64,000 bases of DNA from a virus. Location of the stretch: IMG/VR virus record IMGVR_UViG_3300027857_000001, positions 32,001 to 96,000 of that record. The stretch is one strand, 5' to 3'. Below the pieces are notes generated by a model. That model did no database searches, was not told the origin of the DNA, and saw nothing but the letters and a program-made list of their open reading frames with translations. Below are positions 26,022 to 35,262 of this stretch, piece by piece. Position 1 is the first letter of the stretch, and each line of letters opens with the position of its first letter. A program made the position numbers and the translations under genes.

Positions 26022-26414
26022 TCATGTCGCTGACCTCGCCTGCTCGCTGGCCCTGCGGATGGCCATCTCGGCTGTGTCGGCGACGAGCTTCACCGCGCGC
26101 CTGATGTCGTCCGGCGCCCCCGGGTAAAGCCATTGCGGCAGGCTCCTGCCGTCCATGTCGCGGCCGGTGAAGATCAGCACCGGGCGGGTAACCCCGGCGA
26201 CGGGCACCATCGCGGCCTTGACGACGAGCTGGGCGACGAGAACCGTGTCCTCCCCGAACATGTCCGCATGGCTGACCGGCTCAGGGAACTCGATCGTCGG
26301 CATGTTGAAACGCTGGCCTTGTGCATGCAGGGCGTCGAGCACCCGCTTAGCCGGGGCACACAGCAGCAGGTCGCCGTGGTGCTGCTCGCAGTAGCGGCAC
26401 GAGATCATGGTCAC
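26022..26414 (-). CDS. Hypothetical protein
   Basis: GTGA coupling. Confidence 0.55.
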   Translation of the reverse strand: MTMISCRYCEQHHGDLLLCAPAKRVLDALHAQGQRFNMPTIEFPEPVSHADMFGEDTVLVAQLVVKAAMVPVAGVTRPVLIFTGRDMDGRSLPQWLYPGAPDDIRRAVKLVADTAEMAIRRASEQARSAT

Positions 26415-26704
26415 GGCGCTCCGCCGGTCCTGCGCGCCAGGGCCGCGTCCCTCATCGCCTGGCCGTGCCTCGTGCAGTCCGGGCAGAAACGGTCAGCGCA
26501 CTGCACCCCCGGCCCGCATACCGATTCCTCGATGGCGCGGGCTATCTCCTCGGCGACAGCGGCACGGAGGGCGGCCGCCCCTGCGTGCTGCGGTTGCGTC
26601 GCCCGGCCTCCGCTCAGCACGCTGCCTTCACCGTCCACGGTCACCTGGGTCCCGTGGGGGAAGGTGAAGGTCACCTCCTGGTCAGCGCCCGTGCCCGTAC
26701 TCAT
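26411..26704 (-). CDS. Hypothetical protein
   Basis: ATGA coupling. Confidence 0.45.
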   Translation of the reverse strand: MSTGTGADQEVTFTFPHGTQVTVDGEGSVLSGGRATQPQHAGAAALRAAVAEEIARAIEESVCGPGVQCADRFCPDCTRHGQAMRDAALARRTGGAP

Positions 26705-27096
26705 GTCCGCCCCTCCCGCATCCCGGCGATGTGATCGCGCCGCGCCGCCACAGCCGCCCGGTAGCCCGCTGCGACCTCGAACGGCTGCCCCGGTGCGCAC
26801 GTCTCGCAGGTGACCTCCCAGGCCCGCCGGAGCGTCACGACATGCGGCGGCGAGAGCGGCATCCGCAGCCCTGGCAGGTCATCGGGCTGGACCAGGTCGG
26901 CCAGGTTCAGGTTCACCAGGGCTGCGATGACCGCGAGCCGCGAGATGCTCATGTCCTGGCGGCCGGCCTCAAGGTTGGCGATGGAGGACCGCTTGAGCCC
27001 GACCTGCTGTGCGAGCTGGTCCTGGGTCAGGTCCGCACTCCGGCGTGCAGCCCTGATCCGCTGCCCGATGCGCTGGTGCAGGAGCGTGTCATCCAT
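26701..27096 (-). CDS. XRE-family HTH protein
   Basis: IGQRIRAARRSADLTQDQLAQQVGLKRSSIANLEAGRQ. Confidence 0.85.
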   Translation of the reverse strand: MDDTLLHQRIGQRIRAARRSADLTQDQLAQQVGLKRSSIANLEAGRQDMSISRLAVIAALVNLNLADLVQPDDLPGLRMPLSPPHVVTLRRAWEVTCETCAPGQPFEVAAGYRAAVAARRDHIAGMREGRT

Positions 27097-27595
27097 CGCG
27101 CTGCTCCCGCTTCCACCCGGCGCGCAGGACAGCGCGGGCAATCTCCCCTGCGGCGGGCCCGGAAGCGGAATGCCAGTCCGGGGTGCCCTGGATGATCGCC
27201 CTCGTCAGCTCCTCGACCTCAGCCGGGTCCGGATCGGACTCGGCCTCGTCGGCGAGGGCCGCGAGATCAGCAGCGACACGGCGGAGCACGTCAGGCTCAT
27301 AGAGCGTCCCGGTCTGGATGCCGCCGTGAACCCGGGTGGCATCCACACCGGAACCGGGCCGGATCGTGAATGTCACGCCCTCGAACACGAGCGAGGCACG
27401 GGGATGCTCGGGCCGGTCCAGGATGACCGGTGCGGGCAGCCCCGCTGCCTGGTACAAGCAGGCTGCGATCACCGGGAAATCGGCCGGCGCGATGCATACT
27501 CCTGCTCCGGTGTGCCTGAGCAGGACAGAGCCATCTCCTTCGCTCAAGAACGTCAGCTCGTCCCCGTCGGCATCGGTGAACCTGGGACCGCTCAC
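27089..27595 (-). CDS. Hypothetical protein (paralog of 32048-32536)
   Basis: Shared D.DG.EL, FP.I...L..AAG.PAPV.L.RPE and LRAG motifs. Confidence 0.6.
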   Translation of the reverse strand: MSGPRFTDADGDELTFLSEGDGSVLLRHTGAGVCIAPADFPVIAACLYQAAGLPAPVILDRPEHPRASLVFEGVTFTIRPGSGVDATRVHGGIQTGTLYEPDVLRRVAADLAALADEAESDPDPAEVEELTRAIIQGTPDWHSASGPAAGEIARAVLRAGWKREQRDG

Positions 27596-27933
27596 GGGAC
27601 ACGCTCCTCGCTGCTGTCCTTGACTGCGTCCTGCCCGGCCTCGCGGTCGTCCAGGACCTCTCTGAGCGGCGTATGGCCGTGCTTCACGATCGCCGCGATG
27701 ACCAGCAGCGTCGCCGCAGCAGCCAGGAACCCGGCCAGCAGGTGGCTGCGCATCCCGCCGGTCATCATGCCTGCGCCGAAAGCCAAGAACGTCCACAGCG
27801 CCCGGGTGCTGGCCCTGTGCGAGCGCGGGAGAGAGCGGTACTCCGGGGAGAGGACCACCGAGCCGACGACGACCAGCGCGGCCGCCGCGATTGCCAGGCA
27901 CGCGCCGTAGATCCCGGGCTGGAGAGCGTTCAT
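27592..27933 (-). CDS. Membrane protein
   Basis: Three hydrophobic segments. Confidence 0.55.
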   Translation of the reverse strand: MNALQPGIYGACLAIAAAALVVVGSVVLSPEYRSLPRSHRASTRALWTFLAFGAGMMTGGMRSHLLAGFLAAAATLLVIAAIVKHGHTPLREVLDDREAGQDAVKDSSEERVP

Positions 27934-28199
27934 CGGAGACCGCCCGTGGCGACCTGCGTAGCGGGAGCGTACTCCCTGAGGTAGGCGTCAGCGAGGTCCG
28001 CCGCGTACCTGATGCACGGCGGGTCGTCACACAAGCCGAGCCGGAGGATGCCGTTCTCGGTCCGGGCGCCCGCCGCATCTCTGGCCAGCGTGTCGAGCCA
28101 TCCGGCCAGGACCAGGTGCCACGTGGGCGCGCCGGGATCGCGCAGCAGGCTCGCGGCCCGGGCGACCGGCCCGGCTGGGGCCGGCACGGAGTCAGCCAC
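27930..28199 (-). CDS. Hypothetical protein
   Basis: Coupling. Confidence 0.5.
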   Translation of the reverse strand: MADSVPAPAGPVARAASLLRDPGAPTWHLVLAGWLDTLARDAAGARTENGILRLGLCDDPPCIRYAADLADAYLREYAPATQVATGGLR

Positions 28200-28388
28200 C
28201 GGAAACCCCTGTCAGGTAGTGAGCGGCGGCGACCAGGAAGGCGATCATCGCCACGTCGATGAGGAGCCCAGTCGCCACGCCCGCCTTAGCTGGGGCATTG
28301 TCCGGCCACGCGGCACGGCAGCGGAGGATCGCGCCCGCCCCGTACCAGAGCGCAGCGAGGTAGACGATGATGCCGAGGGTGTGGGGGC

Positions 28389-29171
28389 TCATGACGGCAG
28401 CTCCGCAGGGGTGGCAGGGAACTCCCTGATTCGCAGGTCTTCGGGCCAGCGATGCCAGTCGCCGCCCTTCGGCCCGGCGCCGAGCTGGCGGCCGAGGACC
28501 GATCCGAGTTGCTTGCAGAAGAACGGGATCTCCCACTCGGCGCACACAGCGTGCAGCTCCCGGAGCCATCTGAGTTCGCAGCGGCGAGCCCCCCGTCCCG
28601 ACTCGCCTCCGGCGACTACCCAGCTGATGCCCGACAGGTCGACGTCGCCGAGCGGGCCGATCAGCGGTTCGCAGGAGAGCCAGCGCACCTCGGCAGGAAC
28701 GGTCTGGAGCTGGTGGACGCGGCCGAGTTCGGATCCGTCCTCGACCGATACGCCCATCCACAGGTTCGGCGGCCAGTCCAGTTTCTCAGCGATCCTCGGC
28801 AGCCGGGATGCTCGCTTCGTGAGCACCTGATAGGTGTGCTGCGGAGTCTCCCAGATCACCGCGAACACCTGCTGCACGAAGTCAAGCGGGACCCTCGCGT
28901 GGAACAGGTCGCTCATTGAGTTCACGAACACCAGCCGACGGCCGGACCACGTGAACGGTGTACCGAGCGTGTCCGGGTGAAGGGTCAAGCCGAAACCCGG
29001 ACCCGACGTGCGCGGATCACCGTCTTTCTGGTACTTCGGCGACCCCATGGCCTTCAGACGGCGGGCTAGTTCCAGCGCGTAGCAGTTATCGCAGCCTGCC
29101 GAAATCCGGTCGCAGCCAGTCGTCGGGTTCCATGTGACCTGCGTCCACTCGATCTTGCTGCCGTCGCTCAT
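28389..29171 (-). CDS. DUF5131 (phage Gp37/Gp68, radical-SAM-like) protein
   Basis: SKIEWT..TWNPTTGCDRISAGCDNCYA...VFVNSMSDLFH...WVVAGGESG. Confidence 0.9.
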   Translation of the reverse strand: MSDGSKIEWTQVTWNPTTGCDRISAGCDNCYALELARRLKAMGSPKYQKDGDPRTSGPGFGLTLHPDTLGTPFTWSGRRLVFVNSMSDLFHARVPLDFVQQVFAVIWETPQHTYQVLTKRASRLPRIAEKLDWPPNLWMGVSVEDGSELGRVHQLQTVPAEVRWLSCEPLIGPLGDVDLSGISWVVAGGESGRGARRCELRWLRELHAVCAEWEIPFFCKQLGSVLGRQLGAGPKGGDWHRWPEDLRIREFPATPAELPS

Positions 29172-29739
29172 GCCGCACGACCGATCGGCGTTACGGCCTG
29201 CTCGCTGCCGCCCTGATCCGCAGCCGCGTCAGGTGCGCTGGCACCCGCCGTATTCTTTGCCCGGCCGGTACGCCGCGGGGCCGCCGGCGACGAGAGCTTC
29301 ACGCGCCCGAAGAACAGCAGCGACCAGGCAGCGGCGATGATGGCCAGGTCCACGATGCCGCGCACCAGGATGTCCAGCTCAGGGGGGCTCACCGCCGGCC
29401 CCCGTTTGCGAGCGCAAGTGCCGCATCTTCGTGCCGCCGCCACGCGCGGTAGTCCCGCTCGTCGCGGTAACGCCGCAGGCGGAACAGGGCAAAGGCGGCG
29501 GTGACCAGGAGGGCCGGGACGCCGGCCGTGATAAGGGTCGGGGTCACCGCTCGCCACCGCCTTCAAGCCGGGCGTAGGCTCTGACCGCAGCGACGAGGCG
29601 CGCCACGGTAACGACGGCCAGGATGATCACGCAGGCCGCCACGACGAGCCCGAGGAGCGCGAGGCCCCAGACCCACACCGGGTAGTCGGGGATCATGTCG
29701 CCCTCACGATCCTCGGCCCTGCCTCGTTCAGGCACGCGG

Positions 29740-30288
29740 TCATCCCGTACCACCCGTGACGGCGTCGAAAATATCTCTCACGAGCCTCGCGTCAGCGAGC
29801 GCGGTATGGGCCTCGTAGGCGGCCGGGTCGATGCCCATCACGCTTGCGGCATCAGCGAGCTTGAGCGGGAACGGCAGACGGCGTCCTTGCGCAGCGGCCC
29901 AGCCGCGCACGAGACTCCCGGCGTCCTGAAGGTGGTAGTCCCACGCCGGGCACTGCCCGTTCGCCCGCAGGAACATGTCCAGAAAACTTGTGTCGAACGC
30001 CGGGTTCGCGGCGGCGATCATCGCGCCGGCTGTCAGCGACGCGACGGTCCCGGCAACGCAGGCCGGTTCCGCCCACTCCAGCGGGGAAAGCTCGGCGAGG
30101 CGCTGATAGTACCGGTTGACCCTCAGCGCGCCAGGATCGGCGGCGGCGACGTCCGGCTCGATCAGCCAGGTGAACTCCGAATCCTCGCGACCCGTGCTGT
30201 CGTCCCGGATGATGACGGCGATCTCCCACAGGTCGTGGCGAGCCGGATCGGTCCCGGTGGTTTCACAGTCGGTGAAGGCGAGTCTCAC
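29740..30288 (-). CDS. DnaQ-like DEDDh 3'-5' exonuclease
   Basis: TDCETTG, NPAFD, AHTALAD motifs. Confidence 0.85.
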   Translation of the reverse strand: MRLAFTDCETTGTDPARHDLWEIAVIIRDDSTGREDSEFTWLIEPDVAAADPGALRVNRYYQRLAELSPLEWAEPACVAGTVASLTAGAMIAAANPAFDTSFLDMFLRANGQCPAWDYHLQDAGSLVRGWAAAQGRRLPFPLKLADAASVMGIDPAAYEAHTALADARLVRDIFDAVTGGTG

Positions 30289-30761
30289 GCCGGGGCCTCC
30301 TTGCGGAAACGGCCACTGATCTCGTCGCGGGACCGGCCGTCGCCCGGGTCGGCACCGACGCGGCTGGAGGGGATCGCGGCAGCGCCGCCGGTCCTGCGCG
30401 AGGCCAGGAACGCCCGCACCTCGCCGGCACGGAACTCCCACCGGCCGGACGCCGTCCTGGACGCGGCGAGCTTCCCGTCGCTCGCCCACCGCTGAGCAGT
30501 CGACACATCAACCCCCGCGAAGCGCGCCACCTGACGGCTCGTGAGCGTAACGTCACCGTCCGGGCAGACGGCGGCGGCACGCGGGACGGCCGTCCCGCCG
30601 AGGAGCGCGTTCACCTCACCGGCCCGGTACCGCCGGTGTCCTCCGGGGGTGCGGAAGCTGGCGATCTTGCCCCTGTCCGCCCACCGCGTCACGGTCTTCG
30701 GATCGACCCGGAACAGGCGGGCGACCTCGCCGGGCGTGTAGGCCTCATCGCTATCGTTCAT
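30285..30761 (-). CDS. Tandem BldC-like (MerR-type HTH) DNA-binding protein
   Basis: TPGEVARLFRVDPKTVTRWADRGKIASFRTPGGHRRY plus a second domain TSRQVARFAGVDVSTAQRWASDGKLAASRTASGRWEF. Confidence 0.85.
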   Translation of the reverse strand: MNDSDEAYTPGEVARLFRVDPKTVTRWADRGKIASFRTPGGHRRYRAGEVNALLGGTAVPRAAAVCPDGDVTLTSRQVARFAGVDVSTAQRWASDGKLAASRTASGRWEFRAGEVRAFLASRRTGGAAAIPSSRVGADPGDGRSRDEISGRFRKEAPA

Positions 30762-31154
30762 GCAGCGCCTCCGGGTCTTCCCCTCCAGCGCCGAATCAGC
30801 GCGCAGTGGATGATGCAGTACCTGTCGGGCCGGATCAGCGTCCAGAACCTCAGCGACGGCGGGCACCGGTAGTCAGGCGGCTCCCACCCGCAAGTGCAGG
30901 CGTGAGTCGAGGTCTCCCGGATGCCGCAGGCAGTGACCAGCGTCATGGCTGCCTCCCGTCCAGCGGGCCGAACACGATCTCATCGCCGAAGTTCGTGTAC
31001 CAGCGCGGGCGGAGCCGGCGCTGCGGCCGGCGGCCAGCGGACGAGACCGGCCGGGTGTCAGGCTCGCCGTGATGTTCCCTTGCTGCGGATTCCCAGAGCA
31101 GGTCCGGCGGCGTGGCGTCGGGACGCGGGAGGCGAACGGGGCGCCTGATCAGGC

Positions 31155-31385
31155 TCATCGCCGGTCATCCTCGCCGGAGTCCCTGACCGTCGCGCACTCA
31201 TGGCCCCACGCCCACTGCACCAGGTCGCCGAGCAAGGCCGTCATGTCAGCGCCGCCGTCGCGGCGGAAGGTGAACGGGCCGCTGGCCTCCCCGCATGCAC
31301 AGGTGACCTTCACGGGCTGGGTGAACTCCTGGGACTCGTCGTCGAGCCCTGCGACGCGGAAGCCGGCCAGGGCGCTGAACCTCAC
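31155..31385 (-). CDS. Hypothetical protein
   Basis: GTGA coupling. Confidence 0.5.
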   Translation of the reverse strand: MRFSALAGFRVAGLDDESQEFTQPVKVTCACGEASGPFTFRRDGGADMTALLGDLVQWAWGHECATVRDSGEDDRR

Positions 31386-31888
31386 GGCGCGCCTGCCTTC
31401 AGCGCCTGGATCGTCGCGGCTGCTGCTTCTGGATGCCGAGGAGGCTCCGTCGTGTAGCCGCCGTACCTGTCAAGCCGCAACGTCGCGCTGACGATGAGCA
31501 CGGAGACCTCTGCCGGTTTGTCGCTGCCGCGGACGAGCCAGCCGGCGTCGCGGGCATCCGCTGGATGGGCATGCACCCATCCGTGACACCCGGTAGTCCC
31601 GGTCCCGCAGAGTGTAAGGAGGTTCTGGAGCTCGTTCCGGCCGCTCTGGCTGCGCCGCTTGCGGTGATGGATGCTGTACGCCCTGTCCGTGATGTCGGCG
31701 CCGCAGCGGACGCACGCGTAACCGTCACGTTCCAGCACGGTCAGGCGCATCTTCGCGTCGGGCCCGGGGTCACGGCTGCGGCGGAGCGGGATTACCGGGA
31801 TGCCTGCATCTGGCGGAGCGGACTTCCGCCACGGTGAGCGCTTCAGCCCCGCACTGCGGTTCAGGGTGCTGTTCCAGATCCGGGCCAT
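31382..31888 (-). CDS. HNH endonuclease
   Basis: ERDGYACVRCG...HHRKRRSQSGRNELQNLLTLC...CHGWVH. Confidence 0.85.
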   Translation of the reverse strand: MARIWNSTLNRSAGLKRSPWRKSAPPDAGIPVIPLRRSRDPGPDAKMRLTVLERDGYACVRCGADITDRAYSIHHRKRRSQSGRNELQNLLTLCGTGTTGCHGWVHAHPADARDAGWLVRGSDKPAEVSVLIVSATLRLDRYGGYTTEPPRHPEAAAATIQALKAGAP

Positions 31889-32047
31889 CAGGTCGCCACC
31901 CCTAGCTCGATAGCAACCTCGTGCATGCACCAGATGACCCGTGACCCGGACGGGCACGTCCAGGCGTGCCAGGACGTGCAGTAGTGCCCGTCGTATGAAG
32001 CGCCGAACGAGGCGGCCAGCACCTGCGCGGGGCCCGGCTGGCACCGG

Positions 32048-32536
32048 TCATTCATCGCGGCCGCCTCCCAGCCGGACTCCGGCGCGCAGCAGGCAGGCCG
32101 CGAGCCCCGTCGTGTCCCCGCTGACACGCTCCGACGCGTCGATCAGCGCGGCCAGCGTCCTGACCCGGCCAGCGTCGGGCTCGGCACCAGCCTCGTCAGC
32201 CTTGATCGCGATGACTGCGGCGAGCACCCTGGCGACGGGCGGCTCCAGATCCAGACGCTCCCCGTCTGCCCGGAGCCGGACCTTCCCGGCGTGCACGGCT
32301 ACGGCGAGCCGGACTCCCTCCCAGATCCCGTCCGCGATCTCCGGGCGCGGCAGCATGACCGGGGCCGGGTACCCGGCCGCTTCCCACAGCGCCGAGGTGA
32401 TGGCCGGGAACTCGGCCGCCCCGGCTGCGAGCGCGGCACTGCCGCCTGAGTCGCTGACCTCCAGGATCGCGCAGCCCGGCGCGCCCGGCTCCACCCGCAG
32501 CTCAGTGCCGTCGTCGTCAGACAGCGTATATGTCAC
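32048..32536 (-). CDS. Hypothetical protein (paralog of 27089-27595)
   Basis: See the paralog entry. Confidence 0.6.
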   Translation of the reverse strand: MTYTLSDDDGTELRVEPGAPGCAILEVSDSGGSAALAAGAAEFPAITSALWEAAGYPAPVMLPRPEIADGIWEGVRLAVAVHAGKVRLRADGERLDLEPPVARVLAAVIAIKADEAGAEPDAGRVRTLAALIDASERVSGDTTGLAACLLRAGVRLGGGRDE

Positions 32537-32751
32537 GTCGTTCCCCAGTTCTTCGGCTGCCGCTCGAACGGCAGCTCGTCGGTGGCGCGGGTCACCTGCC
32601 TGGCCGCGACCCGCACGGCGTCGTGCGCCTCGCTGACGGCCAGGGCGGACGAGTGCTCGTCCGACAGGCTCAGTTCGGCTACCCTCAGTGCGGCCATCGC
32701 CCGCTCGAGAGCATGGAACGCGCACACGTCGTCCATCAGTGCCTGGCTCAT
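32533..32751 (-). CDS. Hypothetical protein
   Basis: ATGA coupling. Confidence 0.5.
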   Translation of the reverse strand: MSQALMDDVCAFHALERAMAALRVAELSLSDEHSSALAVSEAHDAVRVAARQVTRATDELPFERQPKNWGTT

Positions 32752-33770
32752 GACTCGTTCTCCGATGCAGCGAGAACGCGGAGCAGGTCGTTCAGGTACC
32801 CGTCCAGTTCCTCCCAGGCGTCGTCGACTTCCACCAGGTCCTGGCCGCACCGGCTCACGGCGGCGAGCTTCATCAGCTCCTTGATGCCGCTCCTGGTCAC
32901 GGTGGTCTTCGCGCGGTCGGCGATCTCCTGCGCGGTGACCTGCCCGGCCCCGGGTGCCGCCTGCGTGGCCGGACACGCCTGGCCGGCATCCGGCGGCACC
33001 GGGCCAGCCGTGATCGCACGGTGCCGGCCGCCGGCTGCCGGCGGCAGCTGGTCGGCGAGCGACCGCCCCGCGATCTGCCCGGTCGCGATGGCCCGCACTG
33101 AGTCGTCCACGCGGATTGCGGGCACGTTGTACTGGCGCAGCATCCCGTCCACCCGGGACTCCCGGTATTCCAGCGCCAGCGTCGCGGCCAGGTACTGTCC
33201 GGCGGCGCGGGCACGCTCGAGCAGGAGGGCCTTGTCGATGATCTCGGCCGCAGCGTTCTCGCTCTTGGACAGCAGGCGCCACACCCCGAAGTCGCCGACG
33301 TCGACGAGGCTGACATTGATCCACGTGTACGGGTAGCAGCCCTGCGGGGTCTTCAGCGCCGCCCGGCGGCGGCGCTCCTTGATCGCCTGCCAGAGCGATT
33401 CCTCATCGCCCGGTATGGCGGGCTGCGGGCACTGGCACGGGCCGTGCTGAGGCTGGGTGGTGGTCATCCCGTCGCAGACCATCGTGGGACCGCCGCCGGA
33501 CCAGCGCATGAACGCCTGGCTGATCACCAGCCGGCCCGGAGGGAGCGCGATGGTGATCTCGCGGAGCCTGGTGTACACCTCCCACTCCTGGCGCCACGGC
33601 CGGGGCTGGCTGCCGTCGTACAGCTCGGCGATCTCGGCTGCGCGCTTCGGTGACGGGCTGGTGAACCGGAACCCGTCGAGCCGGTGCGGGTGGCCCTGGT
33701 CGTCCTTGTCGCCGGTCCTGATCCGGCCGACCACGTAGTTCCGTGCCTGGATTCCCGTGAGGATCGGCAT
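32748..33770 (-). CDS. Gp3-like (phiC31-type RDF/recombination) protein
   Basis: GRIRTG...RLDGFRFTS...WEVYT...WSGGG....CDG pattern. Confidence 0.7.
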   Translation of the reverse strand: MPILTGIQARNYVVGRIRTGDKDDQGHPHRLDGFRFTSPSPKRAAEIAELYDGSQPRPWRQEWEVYTRLREITIALPPGRLVISQAFMRWSGGGPTMVCDGMTTTQPQHGPCQCPQPAIPGDEESLWQAIKERRRRAALKTPQGCYPYTWINVSLVDVGDFGVWRLLSKSENAAAEIIDKALLLERARAAGQYLAATLALEYRESRVDGMLRQYNVPAIRVDDSVRAIATGQIAGRSLADQLPPAAGGRHRAITAGPVPPDAGQACPATQAAPGAGQVTAQEIADRAKTTVTRSGIKELMKLAAVSRCGQDLVEVDDAWEELDGYLNDLLRVLAASENES

Positions 33771-34930
33771 CACGCAGCCTCCTGTTCGCGCTGCGCCTTG
33801 ACCGGCAGTTCCTCGCCCTTGAGGGACAGCCCGTGGTCGGCGAGCATCTGCCGGATGGCGCCGAGCAGCTTGCCGCCGATGCCCTTGACCTTCAGGCAGT
33901 CCCCGGCGTCCATCGCCGCGAGCTGCTCCAGGTCCTCGATCCCGGCCTTGACCAGCGGGGACAGTGCCCGGCCGTAGCCCTCGCCGTCGAGGTCCGCGAT
34001 GCGCGGCTGCTGGATGGTGCCGTCGGCGCGCAGCGGGTAGCAGACCTTGCCGGGCTTGGCGTTCTCGGCCTTGCGGCCCTGGAAGATCTCCACGTCGCGG
34101 CGGAACCTGTTCCACGCTTTCGCGTCGTCGGCTCCGGAGATGAGGTGGAACCGGTAGCCGCGCGGGTGCTCGGGCCGCAGGTGCAGCACCGCCCCGGCGT
34201 CGGTGGCGGGCATCGGGACGAGGTCCCCGAAGCCGGCCGGGTCGGCCTCAGACGCGTGCCGGTAGGCGGCGATCTGCTCCCGCCATGTCTTGTCGGGATT
34301 CTTGCCGGTCTTCACGTCGCCGCAGACGGTCACGCCGGGGCCGGGGATGAACCGGCCGGCCGGGCCAATGGCCAGCCCTGGCAGGAACACGATCTTGTCC
34401 AGCGTCCCGGCGACGCCGAGCGGGTAGTTGAACACCGTCATCTCGGCGGCAAGGAAGTGTGGCCCGTAGTCGGCTACCCAGTTCAGGAAGCCCTCGATCA
34501 TCCAGTCCGCGACGACCTCGACCGGGTCTTCGTCGTACTCCTGGCCGGCGAGGTGGCCCGGCAGTTCCGGCAGCACGAGGTCAGACCCGTGCCCTTCCGG
34601 GGACGCCTGCCACAAGACCAGCGCCTCGACCACGTGATGCACGTACGAGCCGACGTCGCGCTTGAGATCGCGGACCTTCTCGGCCCGGCCCTTGGCGAGG
34701 TCGACGGCTGCCTGCCGCCCGCTGGCCCTGGCGGCCACGGACATCGCCCGGCCGCTCAGCACTGCCTCCAGCAGGCCGAGATTGTCCACGGCGCACTCGG
34801 CGGCGAGCCGGGCCGCCCAGGGCACCAGGTACCGCTGCTTGCCGTCCGTTGCGTCCAGGATGGTCGTGACGCGAGTCAGGTTCTCGCCTGTCGGCGGGTA
34901 GATGTACGTGTCAGATTCATTGCGGCTCAC
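33770..34930 (-). CDS. PD-(D/E)XK phage exonuclease with C-terminal RNAP alpha-CTD-like/HhH domain
   Basis: VTTIL...VGSYVHH...AEMTV...VAGTLD...GDVKTG...QIAAY; C-terminus AGIEDLEQLAAM...KVKGIGGKLL. Confidence 0.7.
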   Translation of the reverse strand: MSRNESDTYIYPPTGENLTRVTTILDATDGKQRYLVPWAARLAAECAVDNLGLLEAVLSGRAMSVAARASGRQAAVDLAKGRAEKVRDLKRDVGSYVHHVVEALVLWQASPEGHGSDLVLPELPGHLAGQEYDEDPVEVVADWMIEGFLNWVADYGPHFLAAEMTVFNYPLGVAGTLDKIVFLPGLAIGPAGRFIPGPGVTVCGDVKTGKNPDKTWREQIAAYRHASEADPAGFGDLVPMPATDAGAVLHLRPEHPRGYRFHLISGADDAKAWNRFRRDVEIFQGRKAENAKPGKVCYPLRADGTIQQPRIADLDGEGYGRALSPLVKAGIEDLEQLAAMDAGDCLKVKGIGGKLLGAIRQMLADHGLSLKGEELPVKAQREQEAA

Positions 34931-35262
34931 TCCGCCGCCTCCGTCCCGGTCCGCGCCTGGTACTCGGAGAACAGCCGCCCGGCAGCGGCGGCAGCGTCGG
35001 TCATCTTCTGCTGCGCCATCCTGACCGCCATGTCCTGCGGGTCGCCGCCGAGCATGAACAGGCCCGGGTCGTACTGCTCCCACGCCATCTCGCCGGAGAC
35101 GAGAAGCCTGTACTCCTCACAGGCGTCGGCAAGGACGTTGCGGCGTTCGGTCAGGACCGCCAGGGCCTCCGTTGCGGTGTGGAGCACGCGGCGCGCCACG
35201 TCGGCGGGCGCGGGGGCCTGCGGACGGGCGCTGACGGCGGCGGCGCTCATGCGGATATCCAC
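34927..35262 (-). CDS. Hypothetical protein
   Basis: Coupling. Confidence 0.5.
   Translation of the reverse strand: MDIRMSAAAVSARPQAPAPADVARRVLHTATEALAVLTERRNVLADACEEYRLLVSGEMAWEQYDPGLFMLGGDPQDMAVRMAQQKMTDAAAAAGRLFSEYQARTGTEAAE

Noticed and set aside
33770-34930. Cas4
   Set aside because: It lacks the four-Cys Fe-S cluster pattern, is paired with a gp3-like recombination gene and is far from the array.
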